A DNA stretch of 64,000 nt from positions 18,414,001 to 18,478,000 of the forward strand of contig NC_047016.1 in the NCBI RefSeq assembly GCF_902652985.1, written 5' to 3'. The translations under genes and the position numbers were made by a program. Source of the DNA: Pecten maximus. Lineage: Eukaryota. Below are positions 12,601 to 26,744 of this stretch, piece by piece; position 1 is the stretch's first letter, and each line of letters starts with the position of its first letter. The notes under the pieces were generated by a model that was not told the origin of the DNA, did not search any database, and saw only the letters and a program-made list of their open reading frames with translations.

Positions 12601-15600
12601 ACAATTCATGCAGTTTAAATTTTGACAGATATAAAGCCAACCTGATTGATTCACCATTATACAAATGTAACAGAAGAAAACTTCATATTACTATTTTGAA
12701 TGTTATTTATATGAACAAAAAGTCAGGAATTAGGGAATAAAATAAATAATTTGCAACACTTTACTCTGAAAGTGCTGACTCATGGAAATTACGAGCTACT
12801 TGATGATTTTAATATTTACATTCTGGAATATTTTCAAGAGTTTATTTAAGATACTAGATGTTTTGATTTAACAATATTTTGTGAAACATTCCTGGACCTT
12901 TTATATTTTAAATGCCATTTTGTTATTTAAAGATATTGTACTAACGACCTTTTTCTTAGATTAGTTAATAGATTAGCTAATTTATGTATTTCTAGATTTA
13001 ATTTATACACTTTTTTTTATTCATTTCTACATGAAAATATCCACTGATAATTTTTCTAATTTGTTAATGTACATTATAATAATTATGAAAGCTTTAAGCA
13101 TAGTGTGGGGGCATCCGTCCTGAATCTAGCACACCTGGGTGGCAGGCTAGAGGAAGAGATAATTGACACTTATGCTAGAAACCTTCATGTTGATGGATTC
13201 AAGACTTGATGTCATTCCAACACCTCAACACCAGCTACATGTAATATCTCTTTGACATCTTAATGATATATATACATAATATCTACTTTTGGATATTTCA
13301 ATGAAGTTATTATCTCCCTTTTACCAGTAACAGTTTATCAGATTGACAAATCTATAGCATATATGTACCTACTTATCTGCTTCGATCTGTTCTAATAAAA
13401 GGGACTATATGGTTAGAAAACACTATGAGAAATGGATATAAAACGTTATATTTTCTATGAGTATGTTACAAAACTAACACTTTCTCTTAATTACAAAAAT
13501 TAAAAGTCACTGCAACCATTTACGATATATATCTAAAAAATAAAAAAGGTAAACATTTCGGTCTCGAACTAATTCATAAATTACCGCTCGTAGCCTGAAA
13601 ATGCGCATGCGCATAAACCGAGAAAAAAGCAAAATGGCGGACGCAAACCAGAAAAAACGACGAGGTCCTAAAAGTTACTTGACGGAAAGTGCAAGAAAAC
13701 GAAGGAAAAAAGAATCAGAACAGAGAAGAGGAGAGGCGAGAATCTACATAAGCAAAGAGATAGATAGATGGCGAAAGGTAAAGGAAGATCTCGCACTGGA
13801 GACTGATTCTAAATTGGCCACTTTCCAATTCAGCGCCACCTGGCGGATCATAATCCAAGATGGCGGCGTATGGTGTGTCCGTGTCACAGCACATGTTTTT
13901 AGTGTTTTATCAGCGCTACGCGTCAAATTAGACTTTTTCCAGAAAATCTTCGTGCTTAAATGCGTATATAGGTAAGTAAGTCTTTATTTTGGAATGATTT
14001 TATAAGGAAATAAGGCGATATAAGACCGATATACACTTGTTCAAATACCCCAGGTGAGAAACCCTGCAGAATGCTATGTAACTCATTTACACAGGTGTAG
14101 CATTAAAAATCGGTCATTGTATGATTCACGATTCATTTATTAGTTCTTGATTTGTATAGATCGAATAGAATCAGTCACTGCTTATGAAATGACGGCATCA
14201 TAACGATGATAGCGAAATAAATAACGATATATTTATAAATACTATTTGCACCAGGTAACATTACAGGTAATTTTGAAAGGTGTTTTGAATGCCGCCATTT
14301 AGCCTATACTATTTTTAGAGCAGGTGAAAAGTCACGTGATCTATCTAGGATAGTGATCTTCCATTGATTCATTGTATTTTCTATTTCATGTCACCTGACA
14401 TTCGTATTTAAATAAATATTATAAAAAGTACTGGTATAGGCCTAGTGGTTTAAAAACATATTATGAAAACAAACTTTGATTTATATTTTTCAGATACAAA
14501 ATGCCTCATCACTGCTGTGTGCCACATTGTACAAATAATTCCAAGACAAAAGATGGTTACTCTTTTCATACATTCCCTAAAGACCCTTCAGTGGCAAAAA
14601 AGTGGGTGATTGCTATACGCAGAGATCAAGGTGCAGATTTTGATATCAACAAAGAGACAAGAGTATGCTCCGTTCACTTTAACGCAGACTCTTACCATCC
14701 TACCACTGCTATTCATGTTCGAAAACGTTTGCGAGGGACTGCTGTACCATCAGTATTTCAATGGACTGTACAGAAACCCGTCAGAAGGAAACTCAGCCTT
14801 CTCATGAAAAGTCCAAATTGTGGAAATGTAGAATCCAACAATACAAGTTTCCCAGAAAAACATGTTTTGGAAAGCTGTAATAATGATTGTGATGAGCCTT
14901 TACTTGTAGACCAGCCTTTTAGTAGTGAGGATAGTTTAACAAATGTGGATTGGGCTGAATCTCCAGACAAGAGTAAATTAAAAGAAACCAACAGTGTTCT
15001 ACTTCACATTAGGAACAAAGAGAAGTTTTCAATTCTACGGTTTTGTAATTCCGATTCTGATATCAGATATTACACAGGATTTTCATCATACCTAGCCTTA
15101 CACTGTTTCTTCACATTCTTACAACCGGCTTGTAGCTTTTTGTACTATGTAGGGACAGACAACACATCTGAAGGGACACCTTACATATTTCTCAACAAAC
15201 GTGGAAAGTCCAGATCCTTGTCGCCTATGGAAGAGTTATTTGTAACTCTTGTTCGTCTTCGGAAAGGTTTACCAGAAAAACATTTAGGTGACCTGTATAA
15301 CCTTTCTGAGGGACATGTGTCAAAAATACTCAACACTTGGATTGCTTTTCTTGACAACAGACTTTCTTCGCTACCAATTTGGCCACAAAGAGATCATGTG
15401 AATAACACCATGCCAGCAATTTTCAAGACATATTTTTCCTCTACTCGAACCATAATTGACTGCACAGAAATATTCATAGAACACCCATCTGCCTCGGAGT
15501 GTCAGCGGGAGACATTTTCCTCGTACAAACATCACAACACTGCAAAGGGTCTCATTGCCATCGCACCAAGTGGCCAAATCACATTTATTTCTCCGCTCTA

Positions 15601-18600
15601 CTCTGGGCGATGTTCAGACAAGAAAATAATTCGCCATTGTGGATTGTTGGACCTGATAGAGGAAGGAGATGGTGTCATGGTTGATCGCGGCTTTGACATT
15701 ACAACAGATCTTGAAAACAGGGGTGCTCATCTTATAATGCCTGCCTTTTTAAGTGGAAAAGACCAATTCACTCCTGATCAGTTATCTCAATCCAGAGAAA
15801 TAGCAACAGTGCGCGTCCATGTTGAGAGGGCTGTGAGGAAGATCAAAGAATTTGAAATTCTGAGACACACAGTTCCCATCACATTGTGTCCTATGCTTGA
15901 AAAGATATGGAATATTTGTGGACATTTGGCTAATTTCTCAGGGAGTGGAACATTGTTTAGACAACCCAAAGATGTCTCCACTTGTAAAGAATAAAGACAC
16001 ATTGATAATGCTCTCATGTTTAATGAAATGTCAGATTCTTTTCATATATGAACACTTTATAATATGATACATATAAAACATGTTTCCATGGTGATCAAAG
16101 TTTCAAAAATATTATGTTGAATTTTGTACAATTTTTGTGACAATAAAATGCATTTTCAAATACTGTCATAGTAGTAATACCATGAAAAAATTCCAAGCAA
16201 AAAAGTTTGTAAATAATACATTTCTACAAATGAAATATCAGAAATTGTCCAACCGATATTCATATCATCATATATATGCATCAAACATTTATCACTAGTC
16301 ATACATTGTAATATTCCAGTTGTTGTCTAGATCTATAAAAATGTATTGAAGAAATTTTATATTATCACAAGTGATGATATAGGACAACTTGGATTTCACT
16401 GCATCCTTTCTTAAGTTAATCTTTTTTCACTGTTGAAAATATAAAAATAATCTGTCTAAATTATAAACTATATTGAACCATGTATATGAAATGTCAGCAT
16501 AGCGCAGGAAATGAATATTGTTCACATATTTTTAAACTTACTCTTTACAAGAAGTAATGACTATAAATAAATAATTTAACTAAGAAACTGTGAAATTGAA
16601 TGTGGACTAAAAATACAAAATTCAATAGTAACAACTTTCATTTTAATTTTTACATGTTACAAGTCATAATTAAAAAATATCACAATTCAATGTCTTAATG
16701 ACTATGAAACTAATAACAGTATTTCAACAAAAATTCTGTACAGTACAATTGTGACAATGGACATAATTTGTATGACTTGTGCTTGTATTCAATTTTATGC
16801 TACCATACATGGTTTAAGATTGTACTAGTGTACACTGAAACCATCAATATATATGTACATTGTGCTTTTAACACGAGACATGCATATGTCCTACACTAAC
16901 TATCATATTGAACATTACATGTATATGTGTCAGTCACGAGTGCAAAAAAGGAATATAATGTATGAAATATCCTATGTAAAAATTAGAATAAATTTTGTTT
17001 TCCCCAAGTCACTTTAGAATCATGTTTTCACTTACAATACAAACTGTTTTTGTACATGTTGTATGTAAAACCCATCTGCACAGATCTAGACATGTGATAA
17101 TTATGATAATCAACACATTGAAAGAATCTAGTCAACATGCGAAAATATATGGCTACACACCATTTTTCAATATACATAAAGTAAAGTTTGTATTTAAAAT
17201 GTCAGTCTGGATGGGTATTGCATGTGCCTCTTGTACTAAACAATACAAGTCGAGACCTTCACTGATCTTTTGTGCGGAGACAATCAACAAAATGTGGGAG
17301 CAAATGGCTGAAATAGATACTGTTGAGTTTAGGCAACATATTAGAACAGAAAAACTCTGAATCACGATGTATCTCTACTATGGCAATGTCTTCCGGAGGA
17401 ACGAATACTACAAAGTCACACTTCTCTATTCCACACAAATTCAGTTGTCCTTGCACTTGATAAAAGTAGTCGTGGGATTTTTTGAGTTGGATTTCACCAG
17501 TTGTCGGGTTTTTTTCCAAATAAAAGTTTTTCTCCTTCATTTGTGATAATATACTTGTCTTCTTCTTGAATACAGAGTATGGACATTTGATTTCCACCAG
17601 TCTAATCTCATTGTTGACTTTTACTAGTCTATCAGGTGTCACTCCAAGATGGGGTAGTTTGGGGTTTACAACAAGACCAACTGGTGAACTAGCACATGGT
17701 TTTTCCTTTTGATACAAAGCCAAGGCTTGAGCTTCATAATTGATACCGTGACGGACACTTTTTGACGTGAAAAACTTCTTCTTTTGTTGAAACGTATTCA
17801 CAGGGTCTGTTGTATTTTTCAGGCGACAAAAAACACCAAAGTTAGATGCAGTAATACGGTATTGTCTCTCATTAAACCAGAATGAAGTCTTGCTCTGTAG
17901 CCTTGTATTTTTCTCTATGAACTTGGCTCTTTGGGTGTCTACACTCACATTAACTAGGTAATGTTGCTGGATGTCTGATTTGAGTGCCTGTGGCAATTCT
18001 ATTTCACTGAAGCTAGTATTGTCAACCATCTCAAACAAATCTGCGTCTAGGTTTACATCACAGCGTTGCCTACATGCCACAGGTTTGAAATTGTTTTCTC
18101 GAATGGTGTCCAACACTGGAAGGTTTAAACCTGATGCATCAAACAGGTTAACAAGTTTGGTTAGATCATTACCTGTAACAGATCTGGCAAACTCGGGCAC
18201 AGGGTTATGAGTAGCTGCAGCTGCACACAAATCCTTCTTCACGGTCTTAAACGGATCATGTTTGACAAAGTTGATGTCTCTGAACAGAAGAGGCTCATCA
18301 GACGTTGGTTTTCTAACATGCCACAATTGCAACTTGTCTGTGCATGTTTTCACATCGGGCATTGTTTTTACATCCTGGCGGTGAAAGTCAATAAGACAGA
18401 ACAATGTGGCTACAAGGTGCTTACATTGCCCATCTATTCCTGCTGGACATGAGCATGTCCCCCACTTTAATTTTGTTCCTCCATGTTTCAGGCACATGTA
18501 TATGTTATAAGTTTTCTGCTTCATTGCAGCTTGGCATTGACCTCTGAAATATATCAAGTTTCCAGTTGTGGTACTGCTCAAACCTGTTATTTTTCCCTCT

Positions 18601-21600
18601 CGGAATAGTGTCCAGCCTTCAACCCTGTGGCGTTTTGTTTTCACAAAGTCAAGAACACTTTCATCGATGTCCTCAATAGGGAAATCTTCACCCCATCCTG
18701 TCGTTGGTGCCACGCGTCCTTGAAAACTAAGGAGTCCTTTTTTTGAAATTAAAGGGTTTATTTTCATTAGTTCACAGCAGCCAGGACAAAACCATTTTGC
18801 AATGTTCTTAGCTTCTTCTTCATCAAGATTAACACAAGATGGATGGAACCAATCATCACAGAGATCACATCTAACCATTATTTTTTCTGGATCTTCTGGG
18901 GTCTTGCAAACACAGTGCAGTGTACGGTCAGTAGATGCAGACTGGTTCATCTCCTCATGATTTCTTTTTCGAGACATGGTTACTTGTTGTTGGTACCTAT
19001 ATAAGTAAACAAAAATAAATAGACACATGAAGATTAATAAGGTTAAAGCTTATCAATAAATAATAGTACAGCTTATGATATCGTAACATATTAAGCTTTT
19101 CCATGGTAATATTAGCTGTTTATATTATAATAAACCATTAAGACTATATGCATGTATTTATTGCATTTTACTGACAGAAATCCTATATTATCACTAGTGA
19201 TGATATAAGATTTTGACTGTACTGCATGGAAGAAATCTGATAAAATCACTAGTCATAATCAAATGTAAGATTTCTTGAATTCAATGCATTAACATAAAAG
19301 ATACATTCAATGTGCTTTCAGATGTCTGCAAATGCATTTTAAGTTTAACTGCAAATGCAATAAACAGAAAATTTAATAATTTCTCGTTTGATATAAAATA
19401 TATATCACTTGTATTTCAGATTTTATAATTAGATAACACTTGTGCTACACACTCGTGAAAATATAATTTATAAATAAATCTGTCATACTCATGAAATATA
19501 TCTTATATTAAATAGGTAACTCTGAATATCCTCATTGATTCCTATGAGCCATATATATATCAAAATATTCAAAAGCAGATTTTACCCTGTTCTTAAATAG
19601 GCCTAATAAACAACATAACTGAAGATATATATATTTGTCATTATAACATAAAACAGGGCCAAAAACAAAACATCAACATGACTGCTAAAAATCTTTTTTT
19701 ATTTTTGGTTAAAAAAATATTTTCATCATCATGTTTTGTCATTATCAACCTCTTGATGTCACGTGACTCTACCTGCTCGAAATATAAAATGGCGGCATTC
19801 AAAACACCTTTCAAACTTACCTGTAATGTTACCTGGTGCAAATAGTATTTATGGATATATCGTTATTTATTTCGCTATCATCGTTATGATGCCGTCATTT
19901 CATAAGCAGTGACTGATTCTATTCGATCTATACAAATCAAGAACTAATAAATGAATCGTGAATCATACAATGACCGATTTTTAATGCTACACCTGTGTAA
20001 ATGAGTTACATAGCATTCTGCAGGGTTTCTCACCTGGGGTATTTGAACAAGTGTATATCGGTCTTATATCGCCTTATTTCCTTATAAAATCATTCCAAAA
20101 TAAAGACTTACTTACCTATATACGCATTTAAGCACGAAGATTTTCTGGAAAAAGTCTAATTTGACGCGTAGCGCTGATAAAACACTAAAAACATGTGCTG
20201 TGACACGGACACACCATACGCCGCCATCTTGGATTATGATCCGCCAGGTGGCGCTGAATTGGAAAGTGGCCAATTAGCGAAGCTGCTTCTTGACAGGTAA
20301 GCTTAACGCTACGGTATCATGTTAGATATATAACTACTGTATATATAATAGATAAACGTATCCAATATTGCCATTGATGGTCCGGTATCCACCGTTTAAG
20401 CATGATTATGTTATTGAACTTCTCTACTGAAAGTGTCATCTGGTAATGGTTAAATAGTAATTGTATATAAATTTACAATAGTGACACAACGTGTTTGTTG
20501 TTGAACGCAAAGTGGGGCCCAATTGGGGGTATTCGTTCTTAGGAAAATTGATGTGGTGAATAAATACAAGGGCTATTCGATATTATATGGCGGTACTGGT
20601 GATATGAAAATAAACGACAGTGATTATAAACATCACATTTATAATAAACAGTGCAACGTATGTTTATAAAAAATATAAAATGCATATGAAATTCATTAGA
20701 CGGCAGATCTAGATTTTCATACATGTATATATGTATTGTAGTACATATACATTAATGATTATCATATATGGCAGCAAAAGTCCTTATTATTACCATTTCA
20801 TATACAACACAGTAGAGTACAATTAAATGTCATTTAAAAAAAAACCATCAGTATTGTTTTATATTCAAATAATGAATGGTATTGAAAATGTCAATTTCAG
20901 TTATGAATTTAAGAAAATATCAGATAAATCCACCACTTCAACCGGCCACATCCATATGCATTCCACACCTGCAAGAAGATATGTACCTCCACGAGAGTAT
21001 TCAGAAAGTGAAGTCACTATAAGGTATGTTTATATGATTAAGTTTGAGGCAGTTGGAAATGTGGTGTAGCATGGTATGTATAATGACCGTTATAATTACC
21101 GATCACACATACAGATACATAACTTCTATTCTAAATTTAGGACTGGCATTATCAATCATTTACTGTCAATGAAGCACATTAAGAATAAAATGTATAGTGT
21201 TGGTGGGCAAACAATTGCAAGATAAACAACATCAACGATTTATACAGTTTGTGTTGATTTGATTTCTTTTGTTTTGTTTTCCAACTGTTGGTAATTCTAT
21301 GACTAAAAAGTTTGTTCTGTATGTTTATGTGTGTTATTTATGTTTTTTTAAATGAATATTTTAGGTGGATGACTATCTGTTTGGTCTTTGAAGCTTTATG
21401 CACACATGTATTTATATAATGATTCCAGCATGTTTCTTTTATATATATGTTGCTAGATAATGGATATGTTATCATGTAATTAAGTGAAGATTTATATACA
21501 TGATGTGTATATAGGTTCTCTTTTTATTTAGTGGTCGAGAAATGTCAGGAGTGTTTGTGCAAGAATGTTGGAAAGACATGTCATTGCCTGGACCATCCGC

Positions 21601-24600
21601 AAGTGATTTTCAGTAAGTACAGTATGTACATGTACCAGTATGTATTTGCATTGCTGGTTTGTAATTCGGAGTACGAGGACATTCTATAATATTGATCTAT
21701 AAGTCAAAATGATCTCAATGTATATGTTCAGCTCAACAAACCTCCATCTTTGCTTTCAAGAAAAATGAGCTGCGTCTTTTCCGAGAATATTTTAGTGTTT
21801 CACAAGAGAATTATCTTTTAGATAGTCAAACCTCTGTCGTCTGTGAATAATGAATCTGCTACATGTATGTATGTGTGTGTATGTTTGAGTAATGAATCTG
21901 CTATGTATGTGTGTGTATGTGTGAATAATGAATCTGCTATGTATGTGTGTGTATGTGTGAGTAATGAATCTGCTATGTATGTGTGTGTATGTGTGAATAA
22001 TGAATCTGCTACATGTATGTATGTGTGTGTATTTGTGAGTAATGAATCTGCTATGTATGTGTGTGTATGTGTGAGTAATGAATCTGCTATGTATGTGTGT
22101 GTATGTGTGAATANNNNNNNNNNNNNNNNNNNNNNNNNNNNNNNNNNNNNNNNNNNNNNNNNNNNNNNNNNNNNNNNNNNNNNNNNNNNNNNNNNNNNNN
22201 NNNNNNNNNNNNNNNNNNNNNNNNNNNNNNNNNNNNNNNNNNNNNNNNNNNNNNNNNNNNNNNNNNNNNNNNNNNNGTACATATGTATTTTCTTCTGTGT
22301 ATGTATTACATAGATAAACAAATTACATTGGAAAAATGTTTTGAAAAATAATCAAACTGAATATAAATATAAATACTACAGTTGTATTTCTTCTTCAGAC
22401 ATTTCAAACATGATTGAAATAAATGATTTTTCTGAACTGCAGTGTCCAGAATCATAGGTAGAAGTAATATTTTTAGAAAGAACGATCAATACTACAATAA
22501 ACAATTAATGTCATTTATTATATCTATTTTGAAGGAATCAACATATTCAGAAGGCCGATATCACTACCAAAGAGGCGAGCAGCTTCATGAATCCTTTTGA
22601 GTAAGTTTCATTGATGTATATTACTGTGGGGTTAAGGGCTGTGGTGGCTGAGTGGTTAAGGTGTCCTGACACTTTATTACTAGCCCTCCATCTCTGGGTT
22701 GCGAGTACGAAACCTACGTGGGGCAGCTGCCAGGTACTGACCGTGGGCTAGTGGTTTTTATCCGAGTACTCCGGCTTTTCTACACCTCAAAACGTGGCAC
22801 GGCCTTAAATGACCCTGGCTGTTCATAGGACATTAAACAAAACAATCCAATCCTGTGGAGTTAGACCATCACATCCCAGAGTTGAACTAAACATTTTTTT
22901 GCTTTCTTGTTTTTCTACATTTTTTTTTCATTTTTTGAATGTATCGTAGGTTTTCAGCTACTTATGAATGAAGACTGAGTATCACAAATTAGTTAAGTCA
23001 AGTATGCAATATTAGTTTTATTTTTCCAATATTCAAAATTATACCAATTTATGTATTTTAATTATTTATAGACAAACATTTTTGAGACAAGCTATGCTGT
23101 TCTACAATAGCTCCTGTTATGATTTGTTATCTGTTTTTTATATTTTTGTTTTCTCCTTTTATCAGCTTAACAATAGATGTCACTGAAAATGTCGACGAGG
23201 ATGACCAAACCACTGATGATGAGGATTATGAACCAAGTTTCGACATCACTCTCAGGTACAGAACAATTCAAAATTCAAAATGGTCTGTATTTGGTCAAAA
23301 TCCAATAAGAACTTTTTGACTAGTAGCGATTTGAAGCAAATGTTGACGGACGGACGGACGCTGCGCCATGGCATAAGCTCACCGGACCTTCAGTCCAGGT
23401 GAGCTAAAAACAGAGTTGAAATGTACTAGTATTTATCATTTGAAAAGACAATGTTTACGTTCATAATAATCTTCGAACAGAAGTTATTTTTTCTTATATT
23501 TGTCTTACAGAAGTACAGCAGAACTTGAAAACTATCACCAGTTGATATTAATGTATGCAGCCAAAAGGTTTGCTTACACTCCGCCTGTTTACAAGGCATG
23601 CACCATTTTGGCAGCTCTTGACTACAACTTCCACATCGATAGAGAAACGAAGACAAATGCAGATGGCTCAGTAAGGTAAGGATTGCGATATTGCCAGTTC
23701 TGGTAGTTCCTGTTATATATTTATTTGTACATGGCATAATGGCTGAAGACACTGATATTTTGAATATCGTACTTGTTATTTTGGTCTGTTACTTCCTTTA
23801 TACTCAATGTTTACATGGTTTATATATTTGTTTCTGTGTGTTCGGATGAACTGATTGCATGACTTTTAGGATTTTCTTTTGTTTAAAGGTACCACAGAAC
23901 TTACAACAAGAAAAGTGGAAGGTGGTCCGCTGTGCCCTACAAAGTGAAAAAGAAATACAGCTACATCAGTGACCTGATTTCTGCTGTAGTTGAAAAGAGG
24001 CTACTTGATAGAGAAGGAATGCATAAAAGCAAGACGTTATCGCCCTCAGATCCCAGACACATTTCCAGCGTTTTAGCCCCCCTGCCTCCACCTCCTACTG
24101 CCACATTAGTAGAAGAAAAAAGGTCAAGACTTAAGTGATTCTAGTGTCACAAATAGGACTCAACAATCTGCTGGCTACTCCTCCTTAACCACTTAGGAGA
24201 TTTCAACAAAACTTGCTACAAGGCTACTGTCATTATTCTATGAATAACCTCATTGGGGAAGTGGGGATGTTGTTAGGTGTTGGCCCACAACAGCTACATT
24301 TGTAGCTATTATTTGTAGTATATGCCATAAAGATTTGGGTTTCACATGTGTTTTATGTTTCAAAATTCATGTGCAAAACTAATCTACTACTTGTCGGATG
24401 GAAAATGTATGTCTATGAAAAGTATTGTGTATGTACCAATTATTGTGTCACAAGTTTGGCTTGTTCACACATTTTGTATGTATGGTGTGATATTCACAGG
24501 TATGATGTATATGTGACAAGTTTGTTAAGTATAATGTATGCGTCACAAATTTGCTAAGTAAAGTGTATGTGTCACAAATTTGCTAAGTAAAGTGTATGTG

Positions 24601-26700
24601 TCACAACTTTGCTAAGTATAATGTATGTGTCACAGGCTGGCTAAATATGATGTATGTGTCACAACTTTGCTAAGAATAATGTATGTGTCACAGGCTGGCT
24701 AAATATGATGTATGTGTCACAACTTTGCTAAGTATGGTGTATGTGTCACAGGCTGGCTAAATATGATGTATGTGTCACAACTTTGCTAAGTATGGTGTAT
24801 GTGTCACAGGCTGGCTAAATATGATGTATGTGTCACAAGTTTGGAATGTGTCTTTAGTATGGTCTGTGTATGTGAACATTACAGTGTTTGGGGATGATCA
24901 TCTGTATTCATAGCCTTTTTTGTAGTGAATTCGTCTACAGATTGTATTTGGTGCTAACAATAAAAATATGACACAAGTTCTTGGATGCTCGTTGTTTTAT
25001 TTGGCACTGACACAAATTTTCAGTAACTATCCACATTATTTAAATTACAAGATTTCTTACAATCTTCCCATGCATTATAATTCAACATTCCTTATCTACA
25101 CATACATATGTAAAGTATTTTAAAATCATCATCATCATAACAGTTTTAAAATCATCATCATCATAACAGATACATTAGTGAATATCACCACTTCAAAACA
25201 TGATTATACAAACTTATCTATGACACATCATCATCATTATACAAACTTATCTATGACACATCATCATCATCATTAAACATCCATGGACATTGGTACATAA
25301 GTGAACATATTTCAACAATTCATCATTTACATCATACTTATCATTGGACAAATACCTTATATAACACATATATGATATCAATTAAGCAATCCTGAATGCC
25401 TTGAAACCAGTGTACTGTCCAAAGTCATCAGGGAACCTGTCTCTAATTTTCCAAACCGCACAGCTTGGGATGACCCGTCTGTCACCAGTACCAAGACGAC
25501 CAACTTGCCACAATATATACTGTCTGTAGGCAGCATGCCTGTTGGCTTTCTTCCAGTCCTCCTCATTTGGCAAAGCAAACATGTCTTGCCTGTAAAGGCG
25601 TGCTAGGGCCAAGACAGCTTCGTCCAAAATAAGAACTTTGAAATCCTGATGGGGAAAAGATGGAAAATGTGTGTAAATTTCTAAAACAAACTTATTAAAA
25701 AACTTTACATTTCTGTAATTAAGCTGCAATAATTCAACAACAATGATAACATAAAAAACAGAAGTGTATTTTTATGAGATAATTCTAGCTACACATGTAT
25801 TGCTTATTATGTTAAACAATTTAAGACAATCTTACCGGAAGCAAAGTTATACAATTTGGTAGATCTTTCTTGCAGCAGAGCTTCTCTGGTTGTGTAGGCA
25901 TTTCTCTGCAGTTACCACAAACACCAATCTGGACTGTACATGTTTCCATCTGGTCTGGGATGGTAACCTCCACTGTTTCCACTACTGTCTTTGACCAAGT
26001 CAAAAATCAAAGAAGGAAACTGCTGTGCTGTCTGATGCAAAATATACTTAGTCTCTTCATGTGACATTTCATCAATTCTTGTCTGGAATAGATACATAAA
26101 TAATCTTTTTAAATGACACTTCTGTAAGAGATTTGGGTTATATAGTTACATTTGGATACTAAATAATTGGATAATGTAATTGGATATTTTTACAGTACAG
26201 TGTACAGGATCCAGAAAATTAAAAAAAAATATATTGAAATTATTACTGAATAATGATATGATCACACAGGACAGATAAAATAAATGAAAAAGTGTTATAT
26301 ATGTATTCAATACCCAGAAATGTAAAATCGCTGTAAAAGCAAAGTTTAGAACAGCTAAATGTTTCTAATAATAATGGTTTGATATGGTTGGTGAATTAAA
26401 CGATTAGTAAACATCAATTACTTTCAATATTTATCTTCTGGCTTGCAAGCTGGTCGCTGCATTTTCTGCCCTGTCACTTTCCTGGCCCTGACGTCTTCCA
26501 CGGGCTCCTCTTCCACCAACTCTTCTCCCTCGTGCTGTGCCAGTTCTAGATCTATCGGTGCTACGACCTATGCCTCGTCCCCTAGCACGTGAACGGCCTC
26601 GCCCTCTTCCCCTAGCTCTGACAGGACTGTCTAAACTTGAACTTGTTCCTTGCGAAGCTGGTGATGGAGTCTATGACACAACAGAATATATAATTAGCCA

Positions 26701-26744
<44 letters not shown>

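Larger units (their letters stand above)
13816..20271. mobile_element. ISL2EU-type (PIF/Harbinger-related) DNA transposon, apparently intact
   Basis: TIRs GGCCACTTTCCAATTC...GAATTGGAAAGTGGCC; flanks AATT/AATT (equivalently an AT duplication if the ends are TGGCC/GGCCA at 13815/20272). Removing the element restores the Kolobok frame DSKLAKLLLD. Two intact convergent ORFs (THAP-DDE and YqaJ), the ISL2EU hallmark. Confidence 0.92.
13634..24138 (+). pseudogene. Kolobok transposase, interrupted by ISL2EU and internally deleted
   Basis: Exons 13634-13815+20276-20296, 20901-21023, 21532-21612, 22535-22600, 23166-23255, 23511-23675, 23889-24138, all phase 2. C-terminal Kolobok motifs STAELENYHQLILMYAAKRFAY, LAALDYNFH, YNKKSGRW, KKYSYI. 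Exons with the first two catalytic Asp residues were not found. Confidence 0.78.

Noticed and set aside
13601-13975. Stand-alone 124-aa gene
   Set aside because: It is Kolobok exon 1 reading into the ISL2EU TIR; only meaningful as the possible fusion described.
17259-19028. Viral or phage exonuclease insertion / contamination
   Set aside because: Bounded by TIRs with a DDE transposase, has eukaryotic PHD and SWIM domains and a splice acceptor; the first 17 residues of the listed ORF are mostly intron or UTR.
21818-22351. ORFs with X runs
   Set aside because: Minisatellite translation across an N gap.
22399-22457. Additional Kolobok exon
   Set aside because: Good-looking splice sites but stops in all three frames; not needed for the frame.
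25382-26097. Host P2X7 receptor gene
   Set aside because: No transmembrane or ectodomain exons; lies inside Kolobok termini, convergent with the transposase.
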